From assembly GCF_009834535.1 (NCBI RefSeq), contig NC_045697.1, forward strand, positions 90,894,001 to 90,958,000: 64,000 nucleotides of DNA. The letters are read 5' to 3'. The position numbers were made by a program, and so were the translations under genes. Within the stretch, counting starts at the first letter, position 1; each line of letters opens with the position of its first letter. Under the pieces are notes generated by a model. It was not told where the DNA came from. It ran no database searches and worked only from the letters and a program-made list of their open reading frames with translations. Source of the DNA: Camelus ferus (lineage: Eukaryota). Positions 1 to 13,216 of the stretch are shown here, piece after piece.

Positions 1-236
1 TTTGAGCTGGGACATCACATCTCATCTCGGACTGGTATTTATATCATCGACTCCTCTAGGTCTCAGACCTTTGGACTCAGGCTGAATTACACCACTGGCT
101 TTCCTAAGTTTCCAGCTTACAGATGGCAGATCATGGGACATCACATCCTCCATAATCTTGTAAGCCAATTCCTCATATTAAATCTACTTTTATATATCCT
201 ATTGATTCTTTTACTCTGGAGAATCCTGACTAACAC
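1..236 (+). mobile_element. MLT2-type (ERVL) LTR, 3' part
   Basis: ctgaattacaccactggctttcct...cagatggcagatcatgggac...ctggagaatcctgactaacaca resembles the MLT2 3' end. Confidence 0.75.
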
Positions 237-1203
237 AGCCTTATATCCTGTGACATTGATAAATTTACTAGTAGTAGTTCTTACAGCTTTTTAATAGATT
301 CTTTGATATAGTCTACACTGATATATTTCTACACAATCATGTTGTCTATGACTAGATGCAGTTCTTTTTCTTACTTTTCTATTTTCTTTTCTTCCTTTAT
401 TGTGTTGGTTGGGACCTCCAACATGATGTGAATAGAAGTTATAAGATATAACACCCTTGCCTTGTTACTTTTTGTTCCTAATTTTCGGGGGAAAGCATTC
501 AGTCTTTCACCATTAAGTATGATACCAGTTGTAGGTTTTCCATAGATTCTTTTTATTAGGTTGAGGAAGTCCCCTTTTATTTCTAGTGTGCTGAGAGTTT
601 TGAATCATGAATTGATGCTGATTTTTTTTTCAGTCTTTTTTCTGGGTCTTTTGAAATGATTATACGGTTTGTTTTAATTAGTTTATTTATATTGTAAATT
701 ACTTGATTTGTTTTCAAATGTTGAATTAGTCTGTGATTCCCAGGATAAACTTCATTTAATAGTGACATAGTATCCTCTTTATACATTATTAGATTTAGTT
801 TGCCTTTTTCTTCTAAGATTTTATACTATATTCATGAGGAATTTCGGTTTGTATTTTCTTGGATTATCTTTGTTTGGTTTTGGTATTGGGGAATCTTGCC
901 TCATAACTGAGATGGTAAGTGTTCCTTCCTTTTCTATATTTTGGAAGAGTTTGTATAGAATTGTTATTATTGATTCCTTAAAGGAATGGTAGGATTTGCC
1001 AGTGAAGCTGTGTGGGCTTGGAATTGTTGGAATGATCTTAAATACAAATTAAATTTTTTAATAGATATAAGACTATTTAGATAATCTAGGTTATCTTAAG
1101 TTAGCTTTTGTACTTTGTATGCAAAGAATTTGTGCATTTTATGAGTGTTTTTTGATGATATTCCCTTTTTATTCTTATAATGTTTGTAGGGTCTATAGAG
1201 ATA

Positions 1204-3585
1204 CAGGCATACCTTAAAAGATGTTGTAGTTTTGGTTCCAGACCAGCACAATAAAGTAAACATCACAATAAAGCAAGTCGCGTGAGTTTTTTGGTTTCCC
1301 AGTGCATATAAAAGTTACATTTAGACTGTACTGTGGTCTATTAAGTGTGCAATAGCATTATGTCTGAAAGAAAAATGTACATACTTTAATTTAAAAATAC
1401 TTTCCTGCTAAAAGATGCTAACTATCATCTGAGCCTTCAGCGAGTTGTAATTTTTTTTGCTGGTGGACAGTCTTCCCTCAGTGTTGATGGCTGCTGACTG
1501 ATCAGGATTGTTTTTGCTGAAGGTTGGAGTGGCTGTGGCAATTTCTTAAAATAATAGAAAGATGAGGTTCACCAAATTGATTGACTCTTCCTTTCACAAT
1601 TTCTTTGTAGCTTGCAATGCTGTTTGATAGTATTTTACCCATAATAGAGCCTTTAAAATTGAAATTAGTCCTCTCAGACCCTGCCACTGCTTTATCAACT
1701 AAGTTTATGTAATATTCTAAATCTTTTGTTGTCTTCACCAGGAGTAGATTCCATCTCAAAAAACCAGTTTCCTTGCTCATCCATAAGAAGAAACTCCTCA
1801 TCCATTCAGGTTTTTTTTTTTCATGAGTTTACAGCAATTTAGTCACATCTTCAGGCTCCACTTCTAATTCTAGTTCTCTTGCTATTTCCACCATATCTGC
1901 AGTTCCTTCCTCCACTGAAGTCTTGAACCTCTTAAAGTCATCCATGAGGATTGAAATCAACTTCTTCCAAATTCCTGCTAATGTTGATGTTTTGACCTCT
2001 TCCTGTGAATCATAAATGTTCTTAATGGCATCTAGAATGGTGAATCTTTTCCAGAAGGCTTTAAATTAACTTTGCCCAGATCCATCAGAAAAATCACTAT
2101 TTATGGCAGCTATAGCCTTATAAAAAGTATTTCTTAAATAGTAAGACTGGAAATTTGAAATTACTCCTTGATCAATGGGCTGCAGAATGGACTTTGTGTT
2201 ATTAGGCATGAAAATGTTGCACATCTCCATCAGAGTTCTTGGGTGACCAGGTGCATTGTCAATGTGGAATAATATTTTGAAAGGAACATCTTTTTCTGAG
2301 CAATAGATCTCAACATTGGGCTTAAACCCACTATAAAGCATTTTGTAAACAGATGTGCTGTTATCCAGACTCTGTTATTCCATTTATAGACCACAAGTAG
2401 AGTATATACAGAAATCACTCTTATGGGCCCTAGGATTTTGGGGATGGTAAAGGAACATCGGCTTCAACTTAAAAGTCACAGTTGCATGAGCCCCTAACAA
2501 GAGAGTGAGCCTGTTCTTTAAAGTTTTGAAATCAGGCATTCACTTCTCACCAGATGGCATCTTTTTCCAATACAAAAATGTTTCATTTACATTGAAAATC
2601 TGCTATTTAGTGAAGCCACCTATCTTTACTAGAGCACCTGGATAATTTGCTGAAGCTCTACATCAGCACTTGCTGCTTCATCTTGCATGTTTCTGTTATG
2701 GAGATAAGGCTTTTTTCTGTAAACCTCATGAACCAACCTCTGTTAGCTTCAAACTTTTCTTCTGCAACTTCCTCACCTCTCTTAGCCTTCATAGAATTGA
2801 GAAGAGTTAGGACCTTGTTCTGGATTAAGCTTTGGCTTAAGGGAATGTTGTAGCTGGTTTGATCATCTGTTCAGACAACCAAAACTTTCTCCATAGCAGC
2901 AATAAGGTAATTTCACTTTCTTATCATTCCTGTGTTCACTTGGAATAGCACTTTGAATTTCCTTCAAGAAATTTTCCTTTGCATTCACAACTTGGCTGTT
3001 TGGCAGAGGAGGCCATCTTTTGGCCTATCTCTGCTTTTGAGATGCCTTCCTCACTAAGATTAGTCATTTTTAGCCTTTGATTTAAAGTGAGAAATGTGTG
3101 ACTCTTCCTTTTATTTGGACACTTAGAGGTCTTGATAGGGTTATTAATTTGCCTAATTTCAATATTGTTGTTTCTCAGGGAATACAGAGCCCCAGGAAGG
3201 GGTAGAGACACAGGGGAACAGTCAGTTGGTTGAGCAGTCAAAGCATACACATTTATTGATTGTTTGCTTATATGAGTGTGGTTCATGGCACCCCAAAACA
3301 ATTAAAAATAATAAATGAATAAATAAATAATGAATAAAAATAAAAATAGTAGCATCAAAGATCACTGATCACAGGGCACTATAACAAATAATAATGGGGA
3401 AGTTGGAAATACTGTGAAAATTACAAAAATGTTACACAGAGACATGAAGTGAGCAATGCTGTTTGAAAATGGTGCCAATGGACTTGCTTGACGTAGAGTT
3501 GCCATAAGCCTTCAATTTGTAAAACAAACAAACAAAACTTTGAATTACAATAAAGGACAGTATAATAATAAATCAATTATCCCCA
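1204..3585 (-). mobile_element. Tigger1 (pogo/TcMar) DNA transposon, near full length, decayed transposase
   Basis: TA + caggcatacc TIR at 1202-1213; about 2.4 kb; DDE remnants ([16 protein letters not shown] at 2066-2341) and CENP-B-like HTH remnant (LSEEGISKAEIGQK at 2936-3301). Confidence 0.9.
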
Positions 3586-5008
3586 TATCTCCTTTCATCC
3601 CTGATATTTTTAATTTGTGCTTCTTTTTTTTCTTGTTAAGTGATCAGTTTAATACATTTTTAGAGACCTTTATTTTCATTGATCTGCGTGATTATTTCTC
3701 CTAGTAGTATTATTTTCTGCTGTTATCTTTACTTTTCCATTTTTCTCCTGGTTTGGGTTTACTTTGCTCTTCCTCTTCTAGTTTCACAAAGTGGAAGCTT
3801 AGACAATTTATTTGAGAACTTTCTTCTTTTCTATTATAAGCATTTAGTGCTACACATTTCCTTTTAAGCACTATTTTAGGTGCATCTCAGAATTTTCAAT
3901 ATGTTGTTTTCTCATTTTCATTCAATTCTAGATATTTTCTAATTTCTTTGTATTTTTTCTTTAACCCATCAGTTATTTAGAAGTGATTTTGTTTAATTTC
4001 TAAATATTTGGGTATTTTCCTGATATCTTATTTTTTAAGAGGAAAGTTTAAATTATTCATTTGAGACTTTTCTAATATAAGTACTTAATCATATATTTTC
4101 CTTAAGCACTGCTTTAACTGCATTTCACAGATTTTGATGTCATGTTGTAATTTTCATTACTTGCAAAAAATTCTCTAATTCCTCTTTAAACTTCCTCTTT
4201 GATCCATAGGTTATTTTGAAACGTGTTGTTTAATTTGTAAGTGACTGGAAATTTTCCTGTTATCTTTTTGTTCCTGATATTACTGATACATAATTTAATT
4301 CCATTATGATCAGAGAATATATTTTGCATGGTTCAGTTCTTCTAAATTTGTCAAGGTCTTTTTTATGAAGCACAATATGGTCGTAGTGAATGTTCCATGT
4401 ACATTTGACAAGAATATTTTTTCTGCTGTTTTGGAGTGACTTACAAATTCTTAACCAGATTCAATTGGTTAATGGTGTTGGTAAGTTATATATCCTTGCA
4501 GATTTTTCGTCTACTAGCTCTGTTAGTGAGAGGAGTGTTGAAGTCTCCAACTATAAATGAAAGTTTGTCTATTTTTCCTTGCTTCATTTATTTTGAAGCT
4601 GTTTTGTTAGGTGTACTACACTTAGGTTTACTGTGTCTTCTTAGGAGTTGACCTTTATATTAGTATATGCTGCTTTCTTTATTCCCAATCATTTTTGTTG
4701 CTCTGAAATCTAATTTATCTGATTTTGATACAGCCATTCTAGCTTTCTCTTGATTATGCTTTGTATGGTATGTGGTATATCTTTTTATCCCTTTACTTTT
4801 AAGCCACCTATTTCATTATATTTGAAGTGAATTTGTCAGAGACAACATATACATTGGTCATGTTTTTTAATTCAGTCTGACAATCTTTTAATGTTGTGTT
4901 TAGACTGTTTACATTTAATATGTTTGGATTTAGATTTACTGTTTACTATTCATTTTCTGTTCTCTGCATTTTACTTCCCTGTTTCCCTTTTTCTGCCCTT
5001 TTGGGTAA

Positions 5009-5339
5009 CAGTTGACTCTTGAGCAATTCAAGAGTCAGGGGTGCTGACCCCCACACAGTCAGAAAGTCATGTACTGCCATCTCTGCCTCAAAAACAAAAG
5101 AATTGATAAATGACTCACCCAAGGATAGGAAGCTGAAACAGATTGACTAGAACTAGGACTCAAACCCTAGTTCTTTTGATTCTGTGTATTGTGATCTCTA
5201 ATTGAACACAAACTTTTCCCCATACCTATTTAATTTAAAGATCTTCAAAGTGAAGACAGGTTCTATATTTATTGAAAAAAAAAATCCTCGTATAGGTTGA
5301 TCTGTGCAATTCAACCCCATGTTGTTCAAGGGTCAACTA
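5009..5339. mobile_element. Tigger2/MER8-like MITE with atypical interior
   Basis: TIRs cagttgactcttgagcaa ... ttgttcaagggtcaacta. Confidence 0.75.
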
Positions 5340-6909
5340 TATTTGTAATTTTTTTAAATTATATTTTAATTTATCTAGGGTGAGTTTGGCTGTATGTATC
5401 TTTTTTGTATTTTTTTTTTTTTAGCACTCCCACTAGGGATTAAGTTGCTCTAGGGACACTTAATTTTTCAGTTTATTTAGAATTATTGTTTTACTTCTAC
5501 AACAGAAATGCAGAAATTTTAATTCCATACAAATTTCTTTGTGCTATAGTCATATCTTCATACATTGAAAATCCCACCAGACAATGTTTATTTTTTTATT
5601 TTTAATTATCAGGTATGTTTTAAAGAACTTAAAAGGAGAATATTTATGTATATTAAGACTTTTTTTTTATTTCTCTTGCTCTTTATTTATGATGTTCCAA
5701 GTTTCTTTCTGTTATCACTTCCTTCTGCTCGAAGTACTTTCTTTAGTAATTCTTTGAGAGCAGTTCTACTGTGATTTATAGTAGTAGTTCCTTCATCAGA
5801 CAGTATCTTTATTTCACTTTCATTCCCAAAGGATGTTTTCACTGGATATAGAATTCTGGATTGACAGTTCTTTTCTTTCAGCACTTAAAACTGTCAGGCC
5901 ACTTCTTTCTGGCTTCCATGATTATAAAAAGAAAAAATTTGTCATCATTCAGATTTTTCTCTCACTTGTAGTGAGTTCTTTTTCTCTAGCTACTTTCAAG
6001 ATTTTTTAATTTGTCTGAAGTTGTTAGCAATTAGAGTATGATGTGTCTGGCCATTGATTTCTTTGAATAAATCCTGGATAGACTTCTCTCAGTTTCTTGA
6101 ATCTGTAGGTTTATGCCTTTAGCTGAACTTTCAGAGGTTTTAAACTATTACTTCTTCAAAATTTGTTTTATTTCTGCATTCTTTCTGCTCACCTAGGCTT
6201 ACTGATGTTCTAAAGGTTCCTGAGGCTTGATTAATTTTTCCAATTGTTTTTTGGCTCTGTTGATCAGATTCAATAACTGCTATTGATTCTGGCTGCTTTT
6301 AATATTTTCTCTTTATCACCTGTTGTAAGCAGTTTGCGATTGCTTTGTTGTGATTTCTTAGTGTTCTTGTACTTTAGGCTTATTGAGTTTTTGTACCTAT
6401 GTGTTTTTATATTTTAAATCAAATTTGAAAAAAAATTAGCCATATTTTAAATTAGCATTTTAAATTTTAAAAATTAATAATTTTTATGTACTTTAAAATT
6501 ATTTCTTTGACTCCAGTTACATATATATTAAGCTACTTCACCTCCCACAGTTCACTAATGCCCTCCTCCTGCCCCCCTAGTCATATTTTAATTTGTGTTT
6601 TGTTTTAGACAATTTCTACTCCTATGTTTTTAAGTTCATTAGACTTTTCTTCTGCAGTGTCTAATCTATTTTTAAACCCATCTAGTATGGGTTGTTTTGG
6701 TTTTTGTTCCTTGTTTTTTTTTTTAATCTCAGCTGTTGGGTTTTTCCTCTCATGAAGTTGTATTGGGTTCTTTTTTATTGCCTGTATCTCTTTGCTGTGG
6801 TCATACTTTCCTCTACCTTACTGAATACATGAAATATAGTTATAATGACTTTTTTGTAAGCAAATTTAAATCTAGTATTTGGATCCCCATCTATCTGACT
6901 GCTCTGGTT

Positions 6910-7107
6910 CAGTGATCAGGCAAATTTATTACCCATAGGCCAGAACTGGCCTGCCATGGTCCAATCTGGCCATATCCTTCATTTACTTATAGTCTGTGGC
7001 TATGCTACAGTGGTAAGGTTGAATAGTTTCATCAGAGACTTTATGATCTGAAAAACCAAAAAAAAGTTTCCTATCTGGCATTTATAGGAAAAGTTTGCTG
7101 AGTCCTG
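6910..7107. mobile_element. MER58-like hAT MITE
   Basis: cagtgatcaggcaaattt...catccttcatttacttatagtctgtggct...aaagtttgctgagtcctg. Confidence 0.65.
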
Positions 7108-7345
7108 CTTCAGTAGCATTTTATTTACATAAAAAATAAAGTGTCCGTCCTTATATAGCATTTTTATTATCAGCCTTCAGTGAACACCAATAGCTTAATA
7201 TTAAGTTCTGCTTTTATAAAGGCAATTCCTGTCTATAAAGACATTGGGGGCTATGGAGAAGGTCCATAAGCACCTGTGCAATTATTTGGTACCAATAAAA
7301 TATGGAAAATCTTAAGTAGTAGAATAGTTAGCATACCTTTCAGTC

Positions 7346-7529
7346 CAGTGGTTATTAAACTTTGGCAAGCATCAGGTTCACTTGGAAAGCTTGTTAAAAC
7401 AAATCAAAGAACTCTGCACCCAGAGTTTCTTGACTTAGTAAAATGAGGTGGGACCTGAGAATATGCATTTTTAACAAGTTCACAGGTTATGCTGATGCCA
7501 CTGGTGGGACTGTACTTTCAAAATCAGTG
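7346..7529. mobile_element. MER5A-like hAT MITE
   Basis: cagtggttattaaacttt...gcttgttaaaaca...gagaatatgcatttttaacaagttc...; similar copies near 26820-26990, 57425-57605 and 60130-60295. Confidence 0.7.
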
Positions 7530-8690
7530 TTTTAGCTTGATCCTCTGAAATATCAGCCCTCTCTGATTTGATACTACTTTTAGCAGAAACTGTATGGTAG
7601 ACAATCACAACTGAGATTCCCTGAAGAGCAGATGGCCTGATCTTTTTGTTTTGTAAAGATTTTTTGAGGTATAATTTACATAAAATTAACTCACTTTAAG
7701 TGTATATTTTGATGAATTTCAGTAAATTTGTATACTTGTACACCAGCACTATGATTTAGTTTTAGAATTCCATCATGCTAAAAGTTTCTTCATGATCATT
7801 TGCAGTCAAGTCTCAACACTCAGCTTCAGTCTGAGGTAACTGGTGATCTGCTGACTGTATGTTTTTTTTTTACCTCCAGGAAATTTCATGTAAATGGAAT
7901 CATGTGATATGTAATCAATGTGTCTTGACTTCTTTCAGTTCATATATTTTTTGAGGTTAATCCATGTTGTTGCTTAGATCAGTACTTCGCTCCTTTTTAT
8001 GAGGTGGTGTTTTATAGCATGGACACACTTCATTTTGTTTACCTGTATGGCAGTTGATGGATATTTGGATTTTTTTCAGTTTGGGCTATTATGAAAAATG
8101 CTATTTTGAACATTCATGTACGAGAGATGGCCCACGAAATCTCAAACACTGTATTATTTCTTCTGTAAATACCCACTGTATATATATATTTTTATGATAT
8201 CATTATTTCACATTAAATTAGTAATAATTCCTTAATATCATCTACTACTCAGTATATATTTATTGCCTCTGATTGTCTGAAATATATATTTTTCTAATTT
8301 GTTGTTTGAATCAGGACCAGACAAGGTACACATGTAGCATTTGATTGATAAGACCATTAAGTCACTCATAATCTCTAATCATTCTTCTTCTCTTCTTTTT
8401 CCATTCTAAAGATTTATTGAAGAAACTAGTTACTTTATCATAGGATTTCTTATGATTCATGTTTACCTGTGTTCTTTTATCTCCTCTATTTCGTGTGAAC
8501 TGGTATTTAGATACAAATTTAGTATATTTAGGATTTTTATTTTTGTGGTGGCAAGCCTATTTCACAGGAGTTGTTTATTTCTTATTGCATCATACAATAT
8601 CTTTCAGGCTCACATTTACTGATGCTATGATTGATCATTGGGTTTAGATGTTGTCAGCCTGATCTATTCATCATAAAGTTTCCCTTCACC

Positions 8691-9940
8691 TTTTTTAAAG
8701 ATTTTTTTTTCTAGAGCAATTTTAGGCTCATAGCAAAATTAAGAGCAAGATATAGAGATTTCCCATTTACTCCTTGACCCCAACTTGCTTAGCTAAAGCC
8801 CATGTGGTGAAAGATGTGCCTTCCTCATAGCAATGTCCCACACCAGAGTGGTACATATGTTACAAATGAGGAGCCTACACTGATAGATCATAATCACTGA
8901 AACATCATAATCACTGAAAGTCTATAGTTACATTAGCGTTTACTCTTGGTGTTGTACATTTCACTGGCTTGTAAATGTATAACCAGATGTAGCCATCATT
9001 ATAGTAGCATACATGGTATTTCACAGCCCAGAAAATCCTCTTTGGTCCACCTGTTCATCCCTCCCTACCCACAACCCCTTGAAACAACTGGTCTTTTTTA
9101 TTATCTCCATAGTTTTCCTTTTCCAGAATGTCAAATAGTTGAAATCATACAGTATATAGCCTTTTCAAATTGGATTCCTTCACTTAGTAGTATGCGTTTA
9201 CAGTTCATCCATGTCTTTTCATGGTTTGATCACTTGTTTATTTTTAACACTGGGTACTATTCCATTGTCTGGATATACTACAGTTTATTTACCCATTTGC
9301 CTAATGAAGGACATCTTGGTTGCTTCCAAGTTTTGGCAATTATGATTAAAGCTACTATAAACACTCATGTGCAGGTTTTTGTGTGAACATAAGTTTTCAG
9401 CTCCTTTGGGTAAGTACCAAGGAGGGCAGTTGCTAGATTGTATGGTAAGAGCATGTTTAGTTTTGCAAGAAACTTCCAAACTGTCTTCCAAGGTGGGTGT
9501 ACTATTTTGCATTCTTACCATCAATGAATGAGAGTTCCTGTTGCTCCACATTCTCACCAGCAGTTAGTGTTGTCAGTATTCTGGATTTTAGCTTTTCTAA
9601 TATGTGTGTGTAGTAGAATCTCATTGTTGTCTTTCTTTCAATTCTCTGATGATATATGATGTGGAGTATCTGCATATGCTTATTTGCCATGTATATATCT
9701 TCTTTAGTGAGATGTTTTTCCAGGTCTTTGGCCCATTTTCTAATCAGTTTTTTTTTTTTTTAAACTGTTGAGTTTTAAGAGTTCTTTGTATATTTTGGAC
9801 AGTAGTCCCACCAAGTCTCTTGCAAATACTTTCTGCCGTTCTGTGCCTTGTCTTCTCATTCTCTTGTCAGTGTTGTTCCCAGAGCAAAAGGTTTTTGTTT
9901 TAATTAAATCCAGCTTATCAGTTATTTGTTTCGTGGGTTG
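8691..9940 (-). mobile_element. L1MC1-like 3' fragment (copy 1, antisense), inserted in an older L1ME-like element
   Basis: T-tract then ctagagcaattttaggctcatagcaaaatt (reverse complement of an L1MC 3' end); decayed ORF2 C-terminus on the minus strand (9285-9690). Confidence 0.85.
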
Positions 9941-10699
9941 TGAAATCTCTAGTCAACATTTTACCAAATAATTTTAGCAACTAATGATGAACATTCCCTT
10001 GATCCTCTATTTCATTAGAGTTGCAAAGTAGTCATCTTCTAATTCTGTCATTTCTTCTGTGTTTCTTACCTAGAATTCTATGTATAAGAATATTTTTATC
10101 AACTTTGTTTACCTGAAATTCAGTTTTTACCTTAAGAATGGAAGGATATATTCTTATTTCTTTCTTTGTATTCAGTTTATCATCTTCAGAGCAACCTAGA
10201 AATATGATTAAGTTTTAAAATACCATTATGAACTGATGGAATGTATTTATGTGTTTTAATTCAATTCAGTCATCGTTTTTAGTGATAATATCAGTTCATT
10301 TTTGACCACTGTATTCCCCTAAAGTTTCTTCTATTCTTCATGAACTATGCTAATATTTTCATTTTAAACTTCATTGCTTTGTGGCTCAAGATTTCCTCGA
10401 CTCATATAATACTTTGTGCTTCAGACTGTTTTTTCAGGAGACCGGATCAGTGGGAAATAGAATTTAGAGACCATAATCTGGATGCTAGGAAGCTTACTGT
10501 TTCTGAGTTATTGCTCCTAGCTCTTTGAATATTTCTTTTACAAGGACATTGGATTTAATATGTTTTTCAGTGTGTGATCGTATTTTTATCTCTGAGATTT
10601 TGTATCTTTTTGCTATACAGATAAATGGCATTAACACGATTGAGTTAAGTGTATCAGTCATTTGGTGGGGATATACTTTTCCCCAGGCACAATTGTAGA

Positions 10700-11270
10700 C
10701 ACTGGTATAGTAATATAAGGTTGTGGCCCTTGCTTTCAGGGAAGCACTGGGACTTACTGTTAGCATCTAATGGAATGTTTTGTAAGAAAATTAATTTTAA
10801 CTTCATAATTTAAAAAAAATAAGTAGATAAAATGCAGAGGTTTCACCAGAAAGAATAGATTAATTCTGTTGGCAGAAGATTTTCAAGAATGCTACACATT
10901 CCCAGGGAAAGTAACATTTGTTCTGGATATTAAAGGGATGATATGAAGCCACCTGGATGTAAAAAGATGAGGGGAAGGGACTTTTAGTTAGAGCAAAAGC
11001 ATATAAAAAGACATGAAGCAAGAAAACGGGAACAAGAAGTAGGTTGCTATTTGGGGCACCAAAATTGAAGTGGAGAATGACAATTGATGAAGCAAAATCA
11101 GGAAATTTTTATGTGCCATAGTAAAGAGCCTCAACTTCTCCTAAAGCCAAAAGAGAAACACTGAAAGATTTTTAATAGAAATATGAAACTACCTAATTTG
11201 CTCCTCAGAATAATCATTCTGGTTATAGTAAGGAAAATGAATTGGGAGGAAAATTGTTAATACAGGAATA
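10700..11270 (-). mobile_element. L2 LINE fragment
   Basis: Degenerate purine-rich L2 antisense pattern (gtaacatttgttctggatattaaaggg...gtgccatagtaaagag...tcattctggttatag). Confidence 0.55.
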
Positions 11271-12440
11271 CTAGTAATAGAGTGGGTAAGTTCACTTTTG
11301 AATTTACAAACTTGTGTCTAGAATAGTGCTTTACATATAATAGGCATTCAGTAATATTTGTTGAATGAACAAAAAGTTATTGTATGAACCAAAAGAGGTT
11401 GATAAGTCTGAAGAAAAACCATATAGAACTAAAGCTTATATTTTTGATATTACTATTTGCTCATCTGCTTATTTAGTATCTTACCTTAAGATTTTCACAA
11501 ACTTGTAAGTAAAACAATCTAACAGAAGAACAGTCAAAAAGGCAAGTTCACAAAAGGGAAATTTGAATGATGACTGTATCTATGAAAATACACTCAACTT
11601 ACTAGGAAATACAAATACCATTTAAATCCCATGAGATGGAAAAAAATATTTAAAAGTCTAAACAAAAACCAGTCTTAGCCAGGATGTTAAATTGCTGGGA
11701 CTTTTATATGCTGCTGGTTGAAGTATAAATTGATAAAACCACTATAGAACTCAGCTTGGCAATCAGTATTTAGTGAGTCAGAAGATACATGTGCCATTTG
11801 ACTCAGCATTTCCATTTCAACTATAAACCCTAGAGAAATGCTCACACATATACAAAGAGACATGTTCAGCAATGTTCATTGAAGCATTTTTGATTATACC
11901 AAAAATTTGGAAATAACTTAAGTGTCTTAAGGATAATGAGTAATTTTTGATAGTTGTATAACAGTTTGATATTCTTCAGTGAAAATGAGTAAACCAAAGC
12001 TTTATGAATAGAACTTGAATAATCTTCTCAAACAAAATATTGACCAAAAAAGGCTGCAAAATGATAATATAGTGTGATACCACATATATAAAGTTAATTA
12101 TGCAAAATTATATTATATATATTATATATATATAGTAATAGATAAAAATACCAAATTTAAGAGCCTGGTTATCTCTGAGGAGGAAAAGCAAAATGGGATT
12201 AGGAAAGGTTACACAATGGGCTTTAACTTCTTTTTCTTTAATAAATAAACCAGAAAGAATGCAAAATTAAAATTTAGTAAGTGATATGTAGAGAAGTGTT
12301 TTTTAAAATTCTTTCTTATATATTTGAAATGTTTCTAATGAAAAAATCCTCTGAGTTTAGAGAATTTTAGAATTTTCCTTCTTCTCAAAGTAAAATATTC
12401 TCCTAGCACCCAAATATTTTAACAGGTTTTTATTTTTCAG

Positions 12441-12652
12441 ATTTGACTGATGAACTAGCTCAGAAACTGTTTGATGTTTCAGATGTGTCTTCAGCAACAA
12501 CTGCCCATTCATTGCCTACAGCAGTTCCGCGATCTCCTACAATTTATCCTGCCAGGGCAGCCAAAACACCTCGAACACCCAGATTACAAGATCCAAATAA
12601 AACACCAAGATTTTATCCTGTTGTTAAAGAACCAAAAGCCGTTGATGTAAAG
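12441..12652 (+). CDS. LARP1B: LARP1B internal coding exon (DLTDELAQKLFDVS...TPRFYPVVKEPKAVDVK)
   Basis: Acceptor tttttatttttcag|AT and donor AAG|gtacac; 212 nt; translation matches La-related protein 1B as I recall it (TPRTPRLQDPNKTPRFYPVVKE); phase joins the next exon. Confidence 0.95.
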
Positions 12653-13109
12653 GTACACAAAACACCAGGACTATAAAGCCTGCATTTTATATACTTTAAC
12701 ATTACAAAATGAGACTTTTTAGTTTCTATCACAGTAAAAGAAAAAAAAGTACATTTTAGATTGCAAGAATTCATTTAAAAATGATATTTTACCATAGCAG
12801 TGTTTTCTCAGGTTGAGGAATAACTTCTTTACCATGGGTAGTGTAATTAAAGACGATCAGAAGGTATAATGAAGACTCATTCTATTGTATTTCCTTTAAT
12901 CTGTGTGTTGAAACCTAGCAAACAGCCTTGTTTGTTAAGTTTTGTAACTTGTGTGTGAGATGTTTGAGTTTTGTGACTTCATATGATTTCATAATGTGTC
13001 ATCCACAATATGAAAATGTTTGAGTTGGTTTACAGTCAGAGGGTTTTAATTTATTTGTGAGGTTCACACTACTGAAAGTAATTGCAATGTTTGACTTCTT
13101 TTTCCTTAG

Positions 13110-13216
13110 AGTCCAAGAAAGAGAAAAACAAGACATAGTACAAATCCTCCTCTAGAGTGTCATGTTGGCTGGGTAATGGATTCCAGAGATCATGGGCCAA
13201 GAACATCCTCTGTCAG
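13110..13216 (+). CDS. LARP1B: LARP1B internal coding exon (SPRKRKTRHSTNPPLECHVGWVMDSRDHGPRTSSVS)
   Basis: Acceptor tttccttag|AGT and donor CAG|gtactg; 107 nt; contains the LARP1-family motif RKRKTRHS..PP.E.HVGWVMD; not in the ORF track, read by hand. Confidence 0.95.

Larger units (their letters stand above)
237..6860 (-). mobile_element. Ancient fragmented L1 (L1M) remnants, antisense, interrupted by Tigger1 and a MITE
   Basis: T-rich L1 antisense signature; minus-strand remnants of ORF2 (583-786) and ORF1 (5687-5884, QSRILYPVKTSFGNESEIK). Confidence 0.75.

Noticed and set aside
8946..9386. 146-aa ORF and its twin at 18975-19379 as a duplicated novel gene
   Set aside because: It is the antisense frame of an L1 3' region; the twin exists only because of the inverted repeat and is frameshifted by the 1-nt indel.
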